DNA of 64,000 bases, from the NCBI GenBank assembly GCA_012295275.1, contig CM022677.1, forward strand, positions 14,570,001 through 14,634,000, in the 5' to 3' direction. Both the position numbers and the translations under genes were made by a program. Positions 26,909 through 41,687 of the stretch are shown piece by piece (position 1 is the first letter of the stretch; every line of letters begins with the position of its first letter). This DNA comes from Chrysomallon squamiferum. Its lineage: Eukaryota > Animalia > Mollusca. The notes beneath the pieces were generated by a model. That model was not told the origin of the DNA, made no database searches, and saw only the letters and a list, made by a program, of their open reading frames with translations.

Positions 26909-29900
26909 CTTTACTCTCTGTAAAATTACTAAGTGTGTTATATTTCTTTTTACTTTTCCTCTGTTGACTACAATTTTATTTCTCGGGAGCATTAATTTCA
27001 TTATTTATTATCTATTTATAAATGCAATATTATTTATTTATTCATTTATTTATTGCTTTATTTCTTTAGTCAATTAGATTTTTTTTTTTTTGTTGTTGTT
27101 GTTTTATCTTAACGTCACATACATTCTGTACCACTTTTCAGTTTAAACTGAATAAAAAGCCATGACTAAACATATTCTTTCATTATTTGTATGTATGTAT
27201 AGATATACATACATACACACTATAAACACATGCCTGCATACATACCCATGTGCATCGAAAAAATACACGCATATACACACAAACACTTAAACAAACACTC
27301 AAACAAACATACATTGGCTCATGGTATATTTGTGATGCATGTTATAGAAAATAATTATTTATTTATTTATTTTTATAGTTTTAAAAATTAGTTATAGTTG
27401 TTTTTTCTTTTTTTTTCCTTTTTTTTCTCATTTACAATATACATACAGTGTTTAACAAAAATATTTCATAGTATGGCTTTAAAAACAAAACCAAAAAAAA
27501 ATTATTAAAAAAGAAAAAAAAGGAAAAGACAAAAAGAAACACATTTCTAATCACTTGTAAATAAAATAAAATTGTTGTGTTTTTCCTATCTTTTATGTTT
27601 GTTTTAATGTATCACAGTTTAGGTGTGGTTAGAACAGGAAATTATGTCAGAGAAAAATAAAAATAATTGATCCAGCTCTGCTCTTTATTATCATAATTAT
27701 CATCTGCAGGCTACTTACTATTATTGTAATTATCATCTACTAACTCTCACTTTTATTATAATTATCTGTTCACACACACTTGATAAATAACTGGTTTCTA
27801 CATTCAGGTTTGTAAAAAAAAAAAATGGCATTTTGCAGATTATATACTTTAAAACATTTTTTTAGAAAAATATAAAAATAATTAAGAAATAATATAAATA
27901 AATACAAATAACGTTAAAAAGTCTAAGTATTTGTCATGCTTTGTATCAATCATATACATGTTCTGTATTTTGTGTAAACACATCAGAACCTTAAGCTACT
28001 AATATTTTAATAACTATCAAGACCATTCGTATTACAAACAAAACCTTACATAATCAGCAACATGTTAGTGACTGCAGTATTGACAACACTATGATACATC
28101 ATGCTACTCAGTGATAAATAATAATGACAATTCTTACATACAATCTCAGAGAAAAGCTAACTCTTCAGTTTCTGTTAAGTCACTGTACACTGGATATAAC
28201 AAATTCATTCACTGATAAAGCACAGAGGATTTGTAATGCTACATAATATACATATACAGCTGTAATCTGTCTCTTAAAATAAAACAGCTGAAAAAAACAT
28301 TTCTTCATTCTTTGGTTTATGGGCCAGTGATAAGTGTCTATCTATGTTTCAATGTGTGTGTGAGTGTGTATGTACTTGTGTAAGTCTGTATACATGCGTA
28401 TTTGAGTGTATGTATTTTTATATGTATTTATGCATGTGTATTTGTGTGTGTTTATATTATGTGCATTTGAGTGTGCATATATTTGTGTAAGTCTGTATCT
28501 GCATGTATCTGTGTGCTTATTATGTGTGCATGACTATGTATGTATTTCTGCATGTTTGCATGTATTTGTATCTGTGTATGTTTGTATTGTATGGTTAAGT
28601 ATCTATGTATGTTTGTATGTCTGTATGTATGTGTGGAAGTGTTTGTATTATGTGTGTAAGAGTATCAATGTATTTGTGTATCTGTGTGTTTGTATTTTGT
28701 GTGTGTTGTATGAATGAATTTGTTTATTTAGTCAAATTATCTAGTGATCATGAATATGTTTCTGAATGTGTGTGTATGTGTATCTTTTAGAATGTTTGTA
28801 TAGATATATGTGTCTGTATTAGTGTATGTATGTATAAGTATGGATTATGTATACTTATATCTAATTATGTGTGTATGAATACATGTGTTTGTAGTACTGT
28901 GTGTAAGTTTGGATGTAATCAATGCCAAATAAATTATTGGTTCTGAAAACATTATCTGAACACCAAAAACAAAAACAAATCTGAAAATAAATAACGTATC
29001 TACTATGTGTGTTTTATGTTGTTTTTTTACCTGCTGAAATTAAATAGCAACAGAAATTGAATAAAATACCTATCTATATTTAATTATTTTAAATTTGTTT
29101 TTGTTTTTTAAATAATTAGTTACTAATTTAAAATCAAACACTCACATTAAAATAGAAAAATAAACATATTCCATAAACATACACAATTAAAAAAAAAACA
29201 TAATTCATCATAAACTAATACACACATATGTGCATACACCTGCACACATAGGCATACCTATAAAAAAATCCATACAAACACAGATACAAACATACACACT
29301 CACACAGAAACACATACACACACAGAAACTCAGACTTGCATATATATAGACACACATACACCATACAAATACAGACACATTCACACACACAAACATACAA
29401 ACTTAATACACTCACACACATATAAATACACATATACACAGATCCATACATTCAATTACATACATATATATATATATATATATAACATAAAAACTAACTC
29501 TTACACATCCTATAAAGATAATTATGTAGAAACAGAATGACACACAGTGCTATAAAGAAATAAGAGGTATATAAAAATATCACTTGTTTGTAGGTAAAAA
29601 GATGATGGAGGTAGAGCAGGTGCCTGTGATAGAAGTAGAAAACACCAGTAACACATCAGTGAAAACACAGTTCAGTCAGAAACTAGCTTAAATAAGAAGA
29701 CAACAGCAGCAAAAAGTGGTGATGAAACAACTACAGCAACAACAGCAGAGGTGAAGAAAACAGAATCAAGCACATTTCTGAAAATAAGAGAGAAGACAAA
29801 AGTAAACTATGACAAATAAACAATCATAATAATAATTATAATAATAATCATAATAATAATTATAATAATAATCATAATAATAATAATTATTATTACTAAC

Positions 29901-30559
29901 ATAGTATTAATATTAATATTAATAACAATAATATAATAATAACAATAAATAACAACAATAACAATAACAACAATAATTAATAAATAAAGAAATAAAGAAA
30001 TAAAGTTCTCTATAACTTGTCTGCTGATGTATTTCATAATCTTAGACTTGCTGTTTTTGTAAAAACAATAATATTGTTGTTGTGATGTTATGTTTTGATT
30101 TCATCATGTGGTTTTAAATGCAGAGAAAAGGGGAAAATAAAAAATAATTAAGGTGACAGCTATTTTCATAATAAATATATTTTGGTACTTTATTAAATAA
30201 GAATTTAAACTGTTTTCACTTAAACAGTAATATCCATTTCAAGATGTTGCATTTTGATTTTGTCATCTTTCTCAAAGAAATGTAAAAATGACATGTCTGA
30301 TCAAAGGATATCACTACTTTCATGTAAAATTTATTTGCATAATTTATCAGTTTGAAATAAGTCTTAAGAAACCATCAGTAACCATCCATGTATGATCAAT
30401 GCATCTCACTACTTACCTACACATCAATGTCTATATAACTACCTTACATATCTATTTTTCTGTATGTCTTTCTATAAACTCACTTAAATATATGTCTAGA
30501 ACTAAAAATATAGAATAAAACATTCTTACACATACATATAATGTTACAATATGTCAAAC

Positions 30560-30675
30560 TAGTCATTTAGCCTAAGCCAAAACCATCAGAAATTAGGCCT
30601 AATGACTAAAATTTCCAGGTGTTTGGCCAAATGACTAAAATTTCCAGGAATTAGGCCGAATGACTGGATTTTCCA
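30560..30675 (+). repeat. Short ~27-31-bp tandem repeats (ttaggcctaatgactaaaatttccagg) with an inverted copy
   Basis: Three direct units plus an inverted 'tagtcatttagcctaa'. The flank is duplicated at about 30935-31030. Confidence 0.6.
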
Positions 30676-33084
30676 TTTATTTCACATTCTGCCTGATAGT
30701 AATTCAGACAATCAGTCAAGCAGGTTTAATGCTTTGCAACATCATTAGTGGTTCAATTCAATTCTTTATTATTCTAAGCTTTACAGCTTATTAATATAAA
30801 ATGTCAATAATAAGAAGAAAAAAAAGAAGAAAAAAAAAAGAATTACAAATAGTGACAGTATGATAAAAAAAGAAAAATCCTTTGGAGAATATTAACAGCA
30901 GATAAATTAGGAGTGGCTGTGAATTTAATGTCTATATGTTACAGTCAATATCTCAAACTAGTCATTTGCCCTACTGGTTGAAATGTTTAGCATACCACCC
31001 ACAGAAATCAGGGTTTTGTCCTAATGAGTACAGTAAAAGTTTAACCTTTACACTCTTCTTTTCAGTATCAGTCTGTGATGTAGATAACACATCTCCTTAA
31101 TTTCAGGTCTTCTCACTTCTTCCTTTTTAACAGAAAAAAACACAAAAAAACCCATTAATGTTCACATCTCATTATGCACTGAGCTCTTTATAAAGTAAAA
31201 ACTGAAATTTAATGTGCTGCTTCCAAAAAATTTGAAAAAGAAGCAAGAACAATATAAAAAAAACAAATAATAATAATAATAATAATAATAAAAATAAAAA
31301 TTCAGTATATGTCACTGTGAAAAATGAATATTTTACTTAATTTACTGTTTCACTGCTGATTATAAAATATGGGTTTATTTTATATGTTTCATGTTTTCTG
31401 AGGAAAATGCATCTTCTTCATGCTTCTTGTAGCATCATACATTTAAAAAAAAATTAGTTTTCATTGTCTTTGTGAAACAAAATCAATATTTTTATATTTT
31501 CTATTACTGATAATGAAAAATGTATAGACTGTTCAGTGTTAATAATAAATAAATAACAAAACAATATATATTTTTTAAATTCTTATTTAGTATAATTTCT
31601 ATTGTTTAAGAAAATGAAAACTGATATAAACATTACAATCTAAGACTTGCCTAGTTCCATACCGGAGAGTTCCGTATCGTTACTTTGTTTGATGTCTGCC
31701 TTGAAGTCATAAACATTATTAATAAGTGAACATTTCTTATCAGTGAATTCAATATTATCTGTTCTTGTTCAACAGATTAAAATGTTTTTGTTTTTTTATG
31801 TTTTTAGCAGACACAAAGCCACGTGCAAGTTGGAAACGTGTCTCAATTACGACATTAGTTTCACATCATCCAAAAGAAAAAAGACTACTGTGAATAAAAA
31901 AACAACAAAAAAAACAACATAACTATTGAGAGGTAATGAGGATCAGATCACAGCTACCTATACTGCAGACTTAGAAACACCAAGACAACATTTTTCTAAA
32001 CCACTCATATTTCCATTTTTAATGACCTCTTTGAGAAGATCACCAGGATTTCAGAGGTAGTCCAGAAAATCAAGAATTTCAGCTGCCTGACTTTTGTGTT
32101 ACTGCAGCTGAAAAACAGAATTAAAATATTAAGAATAATAAAAAAATAATTTGTAATAACATGAAGATATTTTTAAAACAGTGTTTAATCTGGCAAATGC
32201 TGTCCTAGATTCCAGTGGGAAAATGGATTCTCAAATAGGAAACTAATTTAATCCTAGGATTAAAGTACTTATACAGTTACAAAGATTTCCAGTGTTGTTG
32301 TTTTTCTGCTCTGAAAATCTGACAAATTGGACAAATGTCTGAAGATGTTATGAGTCAATGTGAGATACAGCAAAGATTCTGAGTATTTCAAAGTCCACAC
32401 TGCAACACTGTGTGACAAAGTCGAAAAATATATCTGCATGTGTATGAGTGTGTGTGTGTGTGTGTGTATTGTTGTGTGTAGATGTGTGTGTACCCCTTTC
32501 TTGATCAATATTGTTCTGAACGCATTTGTTATTGTCTTTCATGTTTGTTATTATTACTTTTCATTTTCTTCTTCTTATTGTTATCGTCATTATCATCATC
32601 ATCATCATCTTTATTATTATTATTATTATTTCACGTTACAGGTGAAATTTTGTTTCTTTCTTTATGTGATGAACGACACTCCAGAACAAAACTAAATAAA
32701 GCAGAAAATATGTGAAATTACAGATATGTGTGTGTTGTTGTTGTTTTAACTATGCTAACAGTAGAATCAGGTTAGAAAATTTAGCAGCTATTGAAAAGCC
32801 AACAGAAATGTAGAGACTTTTAGGTAGACTGATATATATATATATTTGATTCGAGTATTTGCGCAAGAAACTGTGGGAATATGTGTTTATGAGTTAGATA
32901 GAAAGAATGGCTATATCATGTGTGGTTTTGTGTGTGTTTTCTCTGTGTTTTTGAGAGTGCATATGTATTGTAGATACATAGGTAGACAGAGACAGAAAGA
33001 TAGAAAGATATGTGTCAATGTAAAAGATGTAGTGTGTAAATGTGTATGGCTTTGTAATATTATGTGTCTGTGTGTTAGAGAGAA

Positions 33085-34152
33085 TGTGGATACATAGGGT
33101 ACTGCTACTTTTTCCTATTTTGAATACAGTGGCATTAATTTGAAAGACCTTTCTATATATGCACTCCAGCTTTCACATTTGCAGACATAGCTTATCTAAC
33201 AAATATAAACACATTCTCATTCATACATCACCTCTCTCTAACACTCCCAAAAATAGTTACTCAGTATAAACTCTATTCAGTATATACTTACACCTATACA
33301 CATACCTGTCTCCGTCTAACTAAATCCACCCACAAATCTATATCTAATCTATCTAAAATAAATAAACAGTATAAACATAATCTTGTTCACACTTATTTAT
33401 TGACCATCATTTCTCTGTTTAATAAATGTATACATTATATAAATATATATACACGCACCTATCTCGCATATCTGTCTCTCATCTTTCAAACTTGTCTATC
33501 TATCTATCTCTATATATAACTATCTTTATATCTATTTCTATCTCTGTATCTATATATAGATATATAATTATCTCTATTAATCTTTCTCATTCACTGAAAA
33601 ATCCTACACACCAGGCATACTTCTCAGTTTCATACAGAGGTCAATACCTGTTCTCTCTCTGTAACACACAAACACATATAACCACACCTACATATCAGTC
33701 TCTCTCTCTCTCTCAATAGATCTTTCTTTTTAACATACATAGTCAAATATAAACATACTCTCATTTACACATTCATTTATATACCAATCCTCTAAATACA
33801 TAACAATATATTCATAGACATATACTCATTATAGTAGTTTGTAAATATCCATCTATCTGAGTCATCCATATACATACATAAACCCACATTCATTCACTCA
33901 TCTCTCTATCAGTCATCTGACTATCTCAAAAGTCCACAAAAAGCACACTATCTTTAACCCACATTTATATACCCATTCTCTTTAACACACAAACACATAA
34001 TTATGCTCATATTTATAAAGACTCATACATATACATATCAGTTTGACCATCTATCTATAATTATGGTCTACCTATCTCTCTATGCATCATCTAGCAATCC
34101 ATCTATCTAACTGTTTATCTATCAATCTATCTCACCCTATCTCAAAATTAGT

Positions 34153-34184
<32 letters not shown>

Positions 34185-34535
34185 CGTATATACTCTCTCT
34201 AGTTACCCCCCTTTCAAAATGCATTATTTAAATACTTTTTCTTACGCAAACTCACAATCCTCCTTTAACACTGCCATATAGCGATACTCTCTAGCAAACA
34301 TACAAACACATCAAGACCTCTACACTTCCCTATCCACCTCTCTCTGTCTGTCTTTGTATCGCTATTCAAATGTTTGTCTACCTACCTATGAGAGTGAGAT
34401 CTGAAAACCACTGTCTTTGACCAAGTATTTAAAAATAATACAAAATCTGACGTACACTTGAAAATAATTCATATAAGAAATGTCAGGCATTTTAGTTAAA
34501 TAACTAAATGATAAGTTCTGCAATTTATTAGTTTA
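33085..34535 (+). repeat. Direct paralog of 8080-9410 (spans gap 1)
   Basis: Shared anchors 'ggatacatagggta.tgctacttttt' and 'gagagtgagatctgaaaa...caggcattttagttaaataactaa' flank TCTA-rich sequence. This supports the relative orientation of contigs 1 and 2. Confidence 0.7.
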
Positions 34536-34749
34536 TTGATTGTTTGAGATAAATGACTTACGATATAAGGATTTCAAACAGTTTACAACAAAAATTATGT
34601 TACAAAGTTCCCATCCATAACTTAAGATTTAAAAAAATTAAAATAGGAAAATCATTGTTTGCATACATGATAGTACATGTTTCAGAAGTTGAATGCTTTT
34701 TGTTTTAACGAAAAAGAGTGAAAACTTAATACTTATAAATACCATCTCT

Positions 34750-34989
34750 AATGGATTGAAAATGGAAATAAATATAAAAATAAAAATGTATTATGGTTTC
34801 AAGTGTCGTTTTACAACTACGTACTCAGAGCTGACCGCTATGGAGAATTAAAAGTGTAACGTGTCCACATTATGGTACCTAATGAGAATATTAATCCACC
34901 AGTGTCAGTTAAAATTTTTTTTTTTTTTAAATTTTTTTTCAGTTATTTAATTTTATTCTAATATTTTTTTTTTTTTTTTTTTTCTTTAT

Positions 34990-35034
<45 letters not shown>

Positions 35035-36210
35035 TTATTAATATTTTTTTTATTATTTTTTTTTTTTTCGCTGGTGACATCTAATAATATCTGAAAAAAT
35101 GCATAATACGAAATCGATACGAGATGGTACATTAGGTCAACGGTACAAACTAAAACAACAACAAAAAATGTTTCTACCTTTACAACAATTACTTCTCAGT
35201 AGTAGACATCTATGTACCAGAGGCATTGGTTATTTGACATACTTCCACAAATTAATTTTAATAAACCAAATAGGATTGACTGCATTATAAAGGACTATAG
35301 GTTTAAAAGTGTATAAACACTGATCGGACTTCGATGTTGCCATATTGCATTTCGATCGGAAGTTTCCGTGAGCTCTCGGAAGTTTTAAACTTCCAAATTC
35401 AATTATTTTACGTCTCTTTTCTGAACCTTCTATGATTTAACTGATAAGGATGGTTGTTCATATTACAAAGCCCGTGATCTCCTGCGTCTTTCTTACTTGT
35501 TCAACCAAAATAAATAAAATAAAGAAATAAAACTGATTGAAAAACATTAAATGAAATAGGCATTTTACAATAATTCAATAAATAATAATAACACATTAAA
35601 TAAATAAAAAATATAGGAAACTGGTTATTTAAAAGACAAAGAAAACGCAGGGAATGTTAATAAGCTGGTTCTGTCTGCTACAAAACATTATACAGAATTA
35701 GTTATTTTCATCTTAAAGCAGCAACTCTAATTTACCGTCACCTCACATATGCGAGGAATAATCTATTTCAGAAGTTCCCGGTCTAAGGGAAAGAACTCTA
35801 TTTAACACTATTTTGGTAAATATACAAAAAAGACTGAGTGTCGAACAACGCACTCTCTCTCACACACACAAGAAAGATTACTAGTGGCATCTTAAGTCTC
35901 CTGAATGTGTTTCATTCACTGAATTTACTAACTTCACTAAAATGATTTTATTTAAACCTACATATTATTATTTTTATTTCTGTTTAATGTAATTGTTTCT
36001 TTATAATAAATATATCACTGAAATAACATTTTATTTCCTTTCTTAATCTTTTCTTTATCCCTTGTTTGAGTATTTTTTCTTTATTATTATTAATTTTTTT
36101 AAATCATTTTAAGTAGTATTATTGCAATTATTGTTGTTGTTTTTATCATTAATGTCGTTATGTCAGATATTGACTTGTCGTCATTATATAGAAACAATTA
36201 TCAACAGATA

Positions 36211-36245
<35 letters not shown>

Positions 36246-36470
36246 TCACACACACACATATACACACAGAGAGAAAAGAAAGAGTTTGATATACCTGTTT
36301 GCCTTAGAGGATACGTTGTTAAGTTGATATAACTGAGATGGTGTTTACATATGTAGTTAAGTAATAAGCCGATATATTTAATAGGCAAATGAACTTGTAA
36401 GAAAATGTTTGTACAAGCGTTATAATATAATATCACATTAACCTCGCTTTTCACATCTTTTCTTTTATTG
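34750..36470 (-). repeat. Segmental duplication block G, inverted relative to 62100-63790
   Basis: Anchors 'ttttacaactacgtactcag', 'gatcggaagtttccgtga', 'aaagaaaacgca.ggaatgtta' and 'ataggcaaatgaacttgtaagaaaatgtttgta' are all reverse-complemented in 62100-63790. Confidence 0.85.
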
Positions 36471-36709
36471 GTCACTCAGTTCAGTTTTGGCTTTTTATTT
36501 CTATATCTGTCTGTCTGTCCGTCTGTCTACCTGTCTACCTCACAGATTGTAGAGATGTGCACAGTGGTCGCTGTAATTATAACTTCAGTAATTTAGTAAT
36601 AAACACTGTAGAAAACATTGATAATAAAGCAGCGATGATATAGTATGTCACAAAGTTTTCTTGTTCAGGTAAAGTGTATCTCCGTTTTCACCATTCTTCT
36701 CACGTTTTC

Positions 36710-36745
<36 letters not shown>

Positions 36746-37410
36746 AATAATAATATAATAATAATAATAAAATAAAAAAAAAAAAAAACAAAAAACATTA
36801 AGCTTATCCAGCAGAGTAGTTTATATTCACTTCAACATGTTCACCTTTTCCTGTATAGTTTATTTTATTTTTAAAAAAGGATTCAAAATTGTCTCCGCCT
36901 TAGAAATTTGTTTTACATCGTAGTGTAAAACTAATGACGTAATCGAGACTCGCGTGACACGTTTACTATTGAATAAAAAATGACAATTTTAAATAAGAAC
37001 TATTCACTTATATATATTATACAAAACCAAAGCAGATGTCACACGAAGAAACCCAGAGTGATCGTGACTGTCCGAGATTTATAGTGTATAATGTCATTGT
37101 TTTTACTCAAGCGACAAATCGAAAAAGAAATAAAATAATAAATAAATGTTTTAAGCAAAATGGGAATTTTTCAATAATTAATTAAGTAATAATAATAAAT
37201 CAAATAAAGCAACAAATAATGAAAACTGGCTCTTTATTAACTGTTGAATTTAATTTATCGTATTAGAATATTTTGCTCTAAAACATTTATAGAATTAGCC
37301 GATTTCATCTAAATGTAGTAAACCGAATTTAGCTTCATATTGCGAATGCGTTAATGGTCTAAGGGAAATAACTCTGTTTAACGTATTTGTAAATAGATAA
37401 AAAAGACTGA

Positions 37411-37485
<75 letters not shown>

Positions 37486-37547
37486 ATGATGTTCATTCTA
37501 TTGCTTTTAATGTTTGTTTTAATAAACTCAAACAAGATGTGTAATAA

Positions 37548-37586
<39 letters not shown>

Positions 37587-37686
37587 TTATAATGATTATG
37601 TCAGATTATCTTCTACTGGTTGACAGACAACAAAAACAGCTTTTGATCAATATATACATAATAAAAATAAAAACACATAAAGACTG

Positions 37687-37722
<36 letters not shown>

Positions 37723-38039
37723 TGTTTTAAATTATATGAATTATAACAATTTCAGCATGGTTTTCCATTTATTGTTTTTAGATAAGATGCAATGGGTTTG
37801 ATTTTGTAGATGTCAGGATTTAAAACAGTTGAGAACAAATATTCTATTAAAAATATGGTTGGGAAAGAATGCAACAGGAAAGAAAGAAACGGAAAAAAGT
37901 AACAGAAAAAAAAAATAAAGAAATATGAAAGAAAGAAACATTACACATTTTTACTAAAATTCCTATTTTAAATATGATAAAGGTATTTCAAATGATTTTT
38001 TTTGCCAAACAATATTTTTAATGCTTCTTAAATACTCAT

Positions 38040-39250
38040 CATAAATATGCAGCTCTTTCACCCATAAATTATCATTCGCCAATTGATAATCCATATGTTT
38101 CACCATAAATATTATGTCAATCTATATCTCTACATCTCTCTAACATAAGTCAATTTCCCAATTAAGTTGCCCAATTGAGTTTTAATTTCATTGAGTCCTT
38201 GACCTATCCAATGGGTTCTTTAGATGTCTCAATTATCATTTTCTTGAAGAAACCATTTAAGAAGCTATTCTCCAATTGACCCATTCAAAGGGTAATCCCT
38301 TCTCTTTATGTCCTCAGATCTATCCCTTTATCTTATCCTCATATCTATCCCTTTACCTTATCTTCAGATCTGTCCCTGTATATGGCTTCCCAGATGGCTT
38401 CCCACTTAATTACCTATGCTATGAATACAAAAGCTGTGAGGGAGCACCATTCCTGAGACTCATTAGTGCCATCGTTAGAACACATTCCACAAACATATCA
38501 ATAAAATTACTATGGAGTCAGAAAGGTGGATCAAAAATGTGTTATCATGGCCACATCTATACCAAGTTAGCTACTAGGATGAACAAGATTTGGTGGAAGT
38601 ACTCCAAGAAAGTCAGTCTTGGTATGTATAAGGGTGCATATACTGTAGATGATTTTATTTATATTTTAAATTTCTGAAATGCAATGATGTGTTAATGAAT
38701 TCGATTCAATTGGATGGGCAGGAAAATCTTGTATATTTCTTCAGATCACAGTAAAATATTATAGGATGGTTCTAAGGTTTGAATATCAATATTTCCGAAT
38801 GACTTCATATTCTGGTATTAATGAGTTCTTTACCAGATGTGTGGCTGGCAGAAGATATGTTGGTCATTCATCACCTGATGACGCTGAGATCTCAGACACC
38901 AAGTGTCGCACGCCATGGACAAGCTGCCAACTCACTGAAAAGCAGGATCTTCGCAACTCACAGCCGAGATCAGACAGAAGGCATGCCTACCTACAATCAG
39001 GAGAACACTGGCGCAGTTTACGCAAGCAAAACAAGACTCCTCCAGTACCCAGCACCTCTCTGGGTTCATCATGGATGGCAGAAGACCGTTCTACCCATGG
39101 CCATTCCAGCTCAGTTCTGGACCCAGGCTTTAACAGGATCATGCCTTTAGTACAGAACTGGGACTCAGGCGCCTGGCTCTGCGACTGCCTATTCATGGAT
39201 GACAATCTCCATGGCTCCAGCTCAGTTCTCCCAGGTTTATGTGCTTACGG
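38040..39250. other. Compositionally distinct insertion with two ORFs, origin unknown
   Basis: Higher GC and no microsatellites. ORFs lie at 38276-38677 and 38766-39401, and an internal duplication 'catggatg...ccatggc..tccagctcagttct' occurs at 39070 and 39194. Confidence 0.35.
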
Positions 39251-39254
39251 TCGT

Positions 39255-39470
39255 GGTGTAATCCTAACTCTAATTCTAACACTAATCCTAACCCTAACCC
39301 TAGCTCAACTTCTAAATCTAATCCTACCCAAGGCCACAACTTTGATTCTTACGTTAACGCTGCTGTTAATGACCGTAAAATTATTTTGCACATTATCGTA
39401 ACATTGATAATAAAATTTAAATAACCCTCATCCTAACCATAACCTACCTTAAACGTAACCCTAACGACGG
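39255..39470 (+). repeat. Degenerate CCTAAC (telomere-like) hexamer tract
   Basis: aatcctaactctaattctaacactaatcctaaccctaaccctag...cctaaccataacc..gtaaccctaac. Confidence 0.7.
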
Positions 39471-40583
39471 GACTGAACTTAAGTCTGATGCTAACACCAT
39501 TTCTAACTGTGCTCTCAGCTTGAACTTACAGTGGCCTTCAAATGTATGGCCACGACGTCTAAATATCTCATCTTATTTTCCAAGCGTTCGATTATATGAT
39601 TTTTTATTTTATTTTATTATCATTTTTTATTCTGTCTCCCGTTCTTTTATTGTTTCGTTCTTTTCATTCAAATTATGTTTGTTTTGTTTTAATTCTATCA
39701 TAGTTCATAATTTCTATAATAGTTGTAGCTTTCTTTCACATTTTCTTTTGCATGTTTACTCGTTTATTCCTTTCATTCTCTCATCCGTGTTCCACATCCC
39801 GCATTGTAATATTACTCTGTAGGGGAAGTGTACGTATATTGGACAGTTCTCAGCCTCTGATTGTTTGAAAGGTGTTTAGCCACAACTATGTGATACCTCG
39901 ATCGACATCATGATTGTTGTGATATTAAAGATAGCGGAAATCAGCTGACGAGAAAAAATAATAATAATAATAATAAAAAAAAGAAGAAAAAAAGAAAAAA
40001 AAGAAGGATAAATCTTATTTCAGCCATGTAAATTTAATTTTTAGTTATATTTTTGTTTTGTATTTGTGTAGTGGTATATAGATGCATATGTAGGATATTA
40101 TATATTTCTAGGTTAGGACAAGTCTCTTCATATGGGGATCGAGGAAGTTCGCCTTCCGAAAAATTAGATGTGGTAAAACAAAATGTTCCTTTCGGTTCTG
40201 TTTCTTGGTAATTTAGTTCATAGAAATGGGTCAACCACCGCTAGGCTTCAGGCTAGACTAGTCTCGATAAACCACGATGTTTTGAACATTTTGTTTTTAA
40301 TTAACGTTTTATGTTGATTATTTTTTTTTTTAATTTGGAAATATTTTACTGTCCAAATTATTCAATTTATTTTAGAATTTTGAAATATAATTTTAAAACC
40401 AAATGGATTCGGATGTTTTACCACGGAATCGTTTTTTCTTTTTCTTCATCTTTTTTTTTTATTATTATTATTATTATTACGACTTTAAATTTTTATTATT
40501 ATTATTTTTAAAATCATTATTACTGTTTTTCATTTTCTTCTTAATATCATTATTAACATTTATTTATTTTTGATGTTTGCCAG

Positions 40584-41311
40584 GCCAAATTAAATTCATC
40601 GACGGCATGGATTTTGCAGAAAGCATTTGGAGAAAATGCTTTTAAAGAACATTTGTATGAAAAATGAGATGTGAGTGAAATATTTCAAAAATTTCAAATA
40701 TTTCAAGATATATATTCTAATTATTAAAGTTATTATGTGCATTGTCATTTTGTTTGAATTACCTCCAGTTTCAGACTTTATATAAAACTTATAATTATTC
40801 ATCAAAAATAGAAAAAAATAAATGCTCTGAAAATTATCTATGAAGAAATTTGTGTTTCCCTGTATGACATTTTTTTCTACAGTATAGTTACCATATTCCT
40901 TGATAAAACGTGTTAAATGCAAAAGCAAAAATATGATGCTATATACATGTTGTTGAATAAAACATTCATTCCTTCTTTTTCTCATTAACAAATATTATGC
41001 TTATTATAATCAGTAATAGATGAAACAATATATAGTAAATTATTATTACTGTTATTGTTGTGGTATTATTCCTATTTTTACTATTAATATTTTATTACTA
41101 CTATTGTTTTTGTTAAGGTTATTAATATTATTGATATTAATTTTTATCATCATCATGATTAAAATATGTTAAAAAAACTTATTATTTTATTGTTATTGTG
41201 TAATTTTCCAGATGACACAACATCTTATCAGCAGTCTGCTGTCAAGTGATCTGTCAGGCCTGTAGTAGAATGTTTTCAGAGACCTCTCAACAGTGGCAGG
41301 GTATGTTTTAT

Positions 41312-41352
<41 letters not shown>

Positions 41353-41624
41353 AAATTTTTGTCCTGTTTGTTGAGCTTGTTATGGTTAGTGATAACACAC
41401 AGCTAATCTGTTTTGTCAAGACTAAAGTTTACTTAGTTGCCTTAAATCTTTACCTAGAGATAATGATTACTTTAGAGCAAAGTCAATGAGAGAGAGAAAG
41501 AGAGAGATAGAGAGAGTGGCTGTGTGTATATATGTGTGTGAGAGAGAGTGTGTGTATGTATATGTAGCTATGTGTGAGAGAGAGTGTGTGTGTATGTATA
41601 TGTGTGAGAGAGAGTGTGTGTGTT

Positions 41625-41687
<63 letters not shown>

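Larger units (their letters stand above)
29580..35343 (-). pseudogene. Decayed multi-exon gene, unidentified
   Basis: Candidate first exon ATG at 35343 (MATSKSDQCLYTFKPI) behind ETS sites. Exon-like AG/GT-bounded blocks, several with stops, lie at about 32433-32270, 32107-31958, 31757-31651 and 29777-29584. Whether they belong to one gene is uncertain. Confidence 0.3.

Noticed and set aside
23350-27100. Parvoviral NS1/Rep (HUH nuclease, SF3 helicase GxxxxGK[ST])
   Set aside because: I found no such motifs beside the capsid gene in the ORF track or the frames I read. Only a very short unassignable minus-strand remnant is present.
32270-32433. Possible similarity to Lines/LINS1 (IFFDFVTQCCSVDFEILRIFAVS..LQTFVQFVRF)
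   Set aside because: It is only a hydrophobic-pattern resemblance in one exon, which is not enough without a profile search.
39255-39470. True telomere
   Set aside because: The tract is short, degenerate and internal to a contig.
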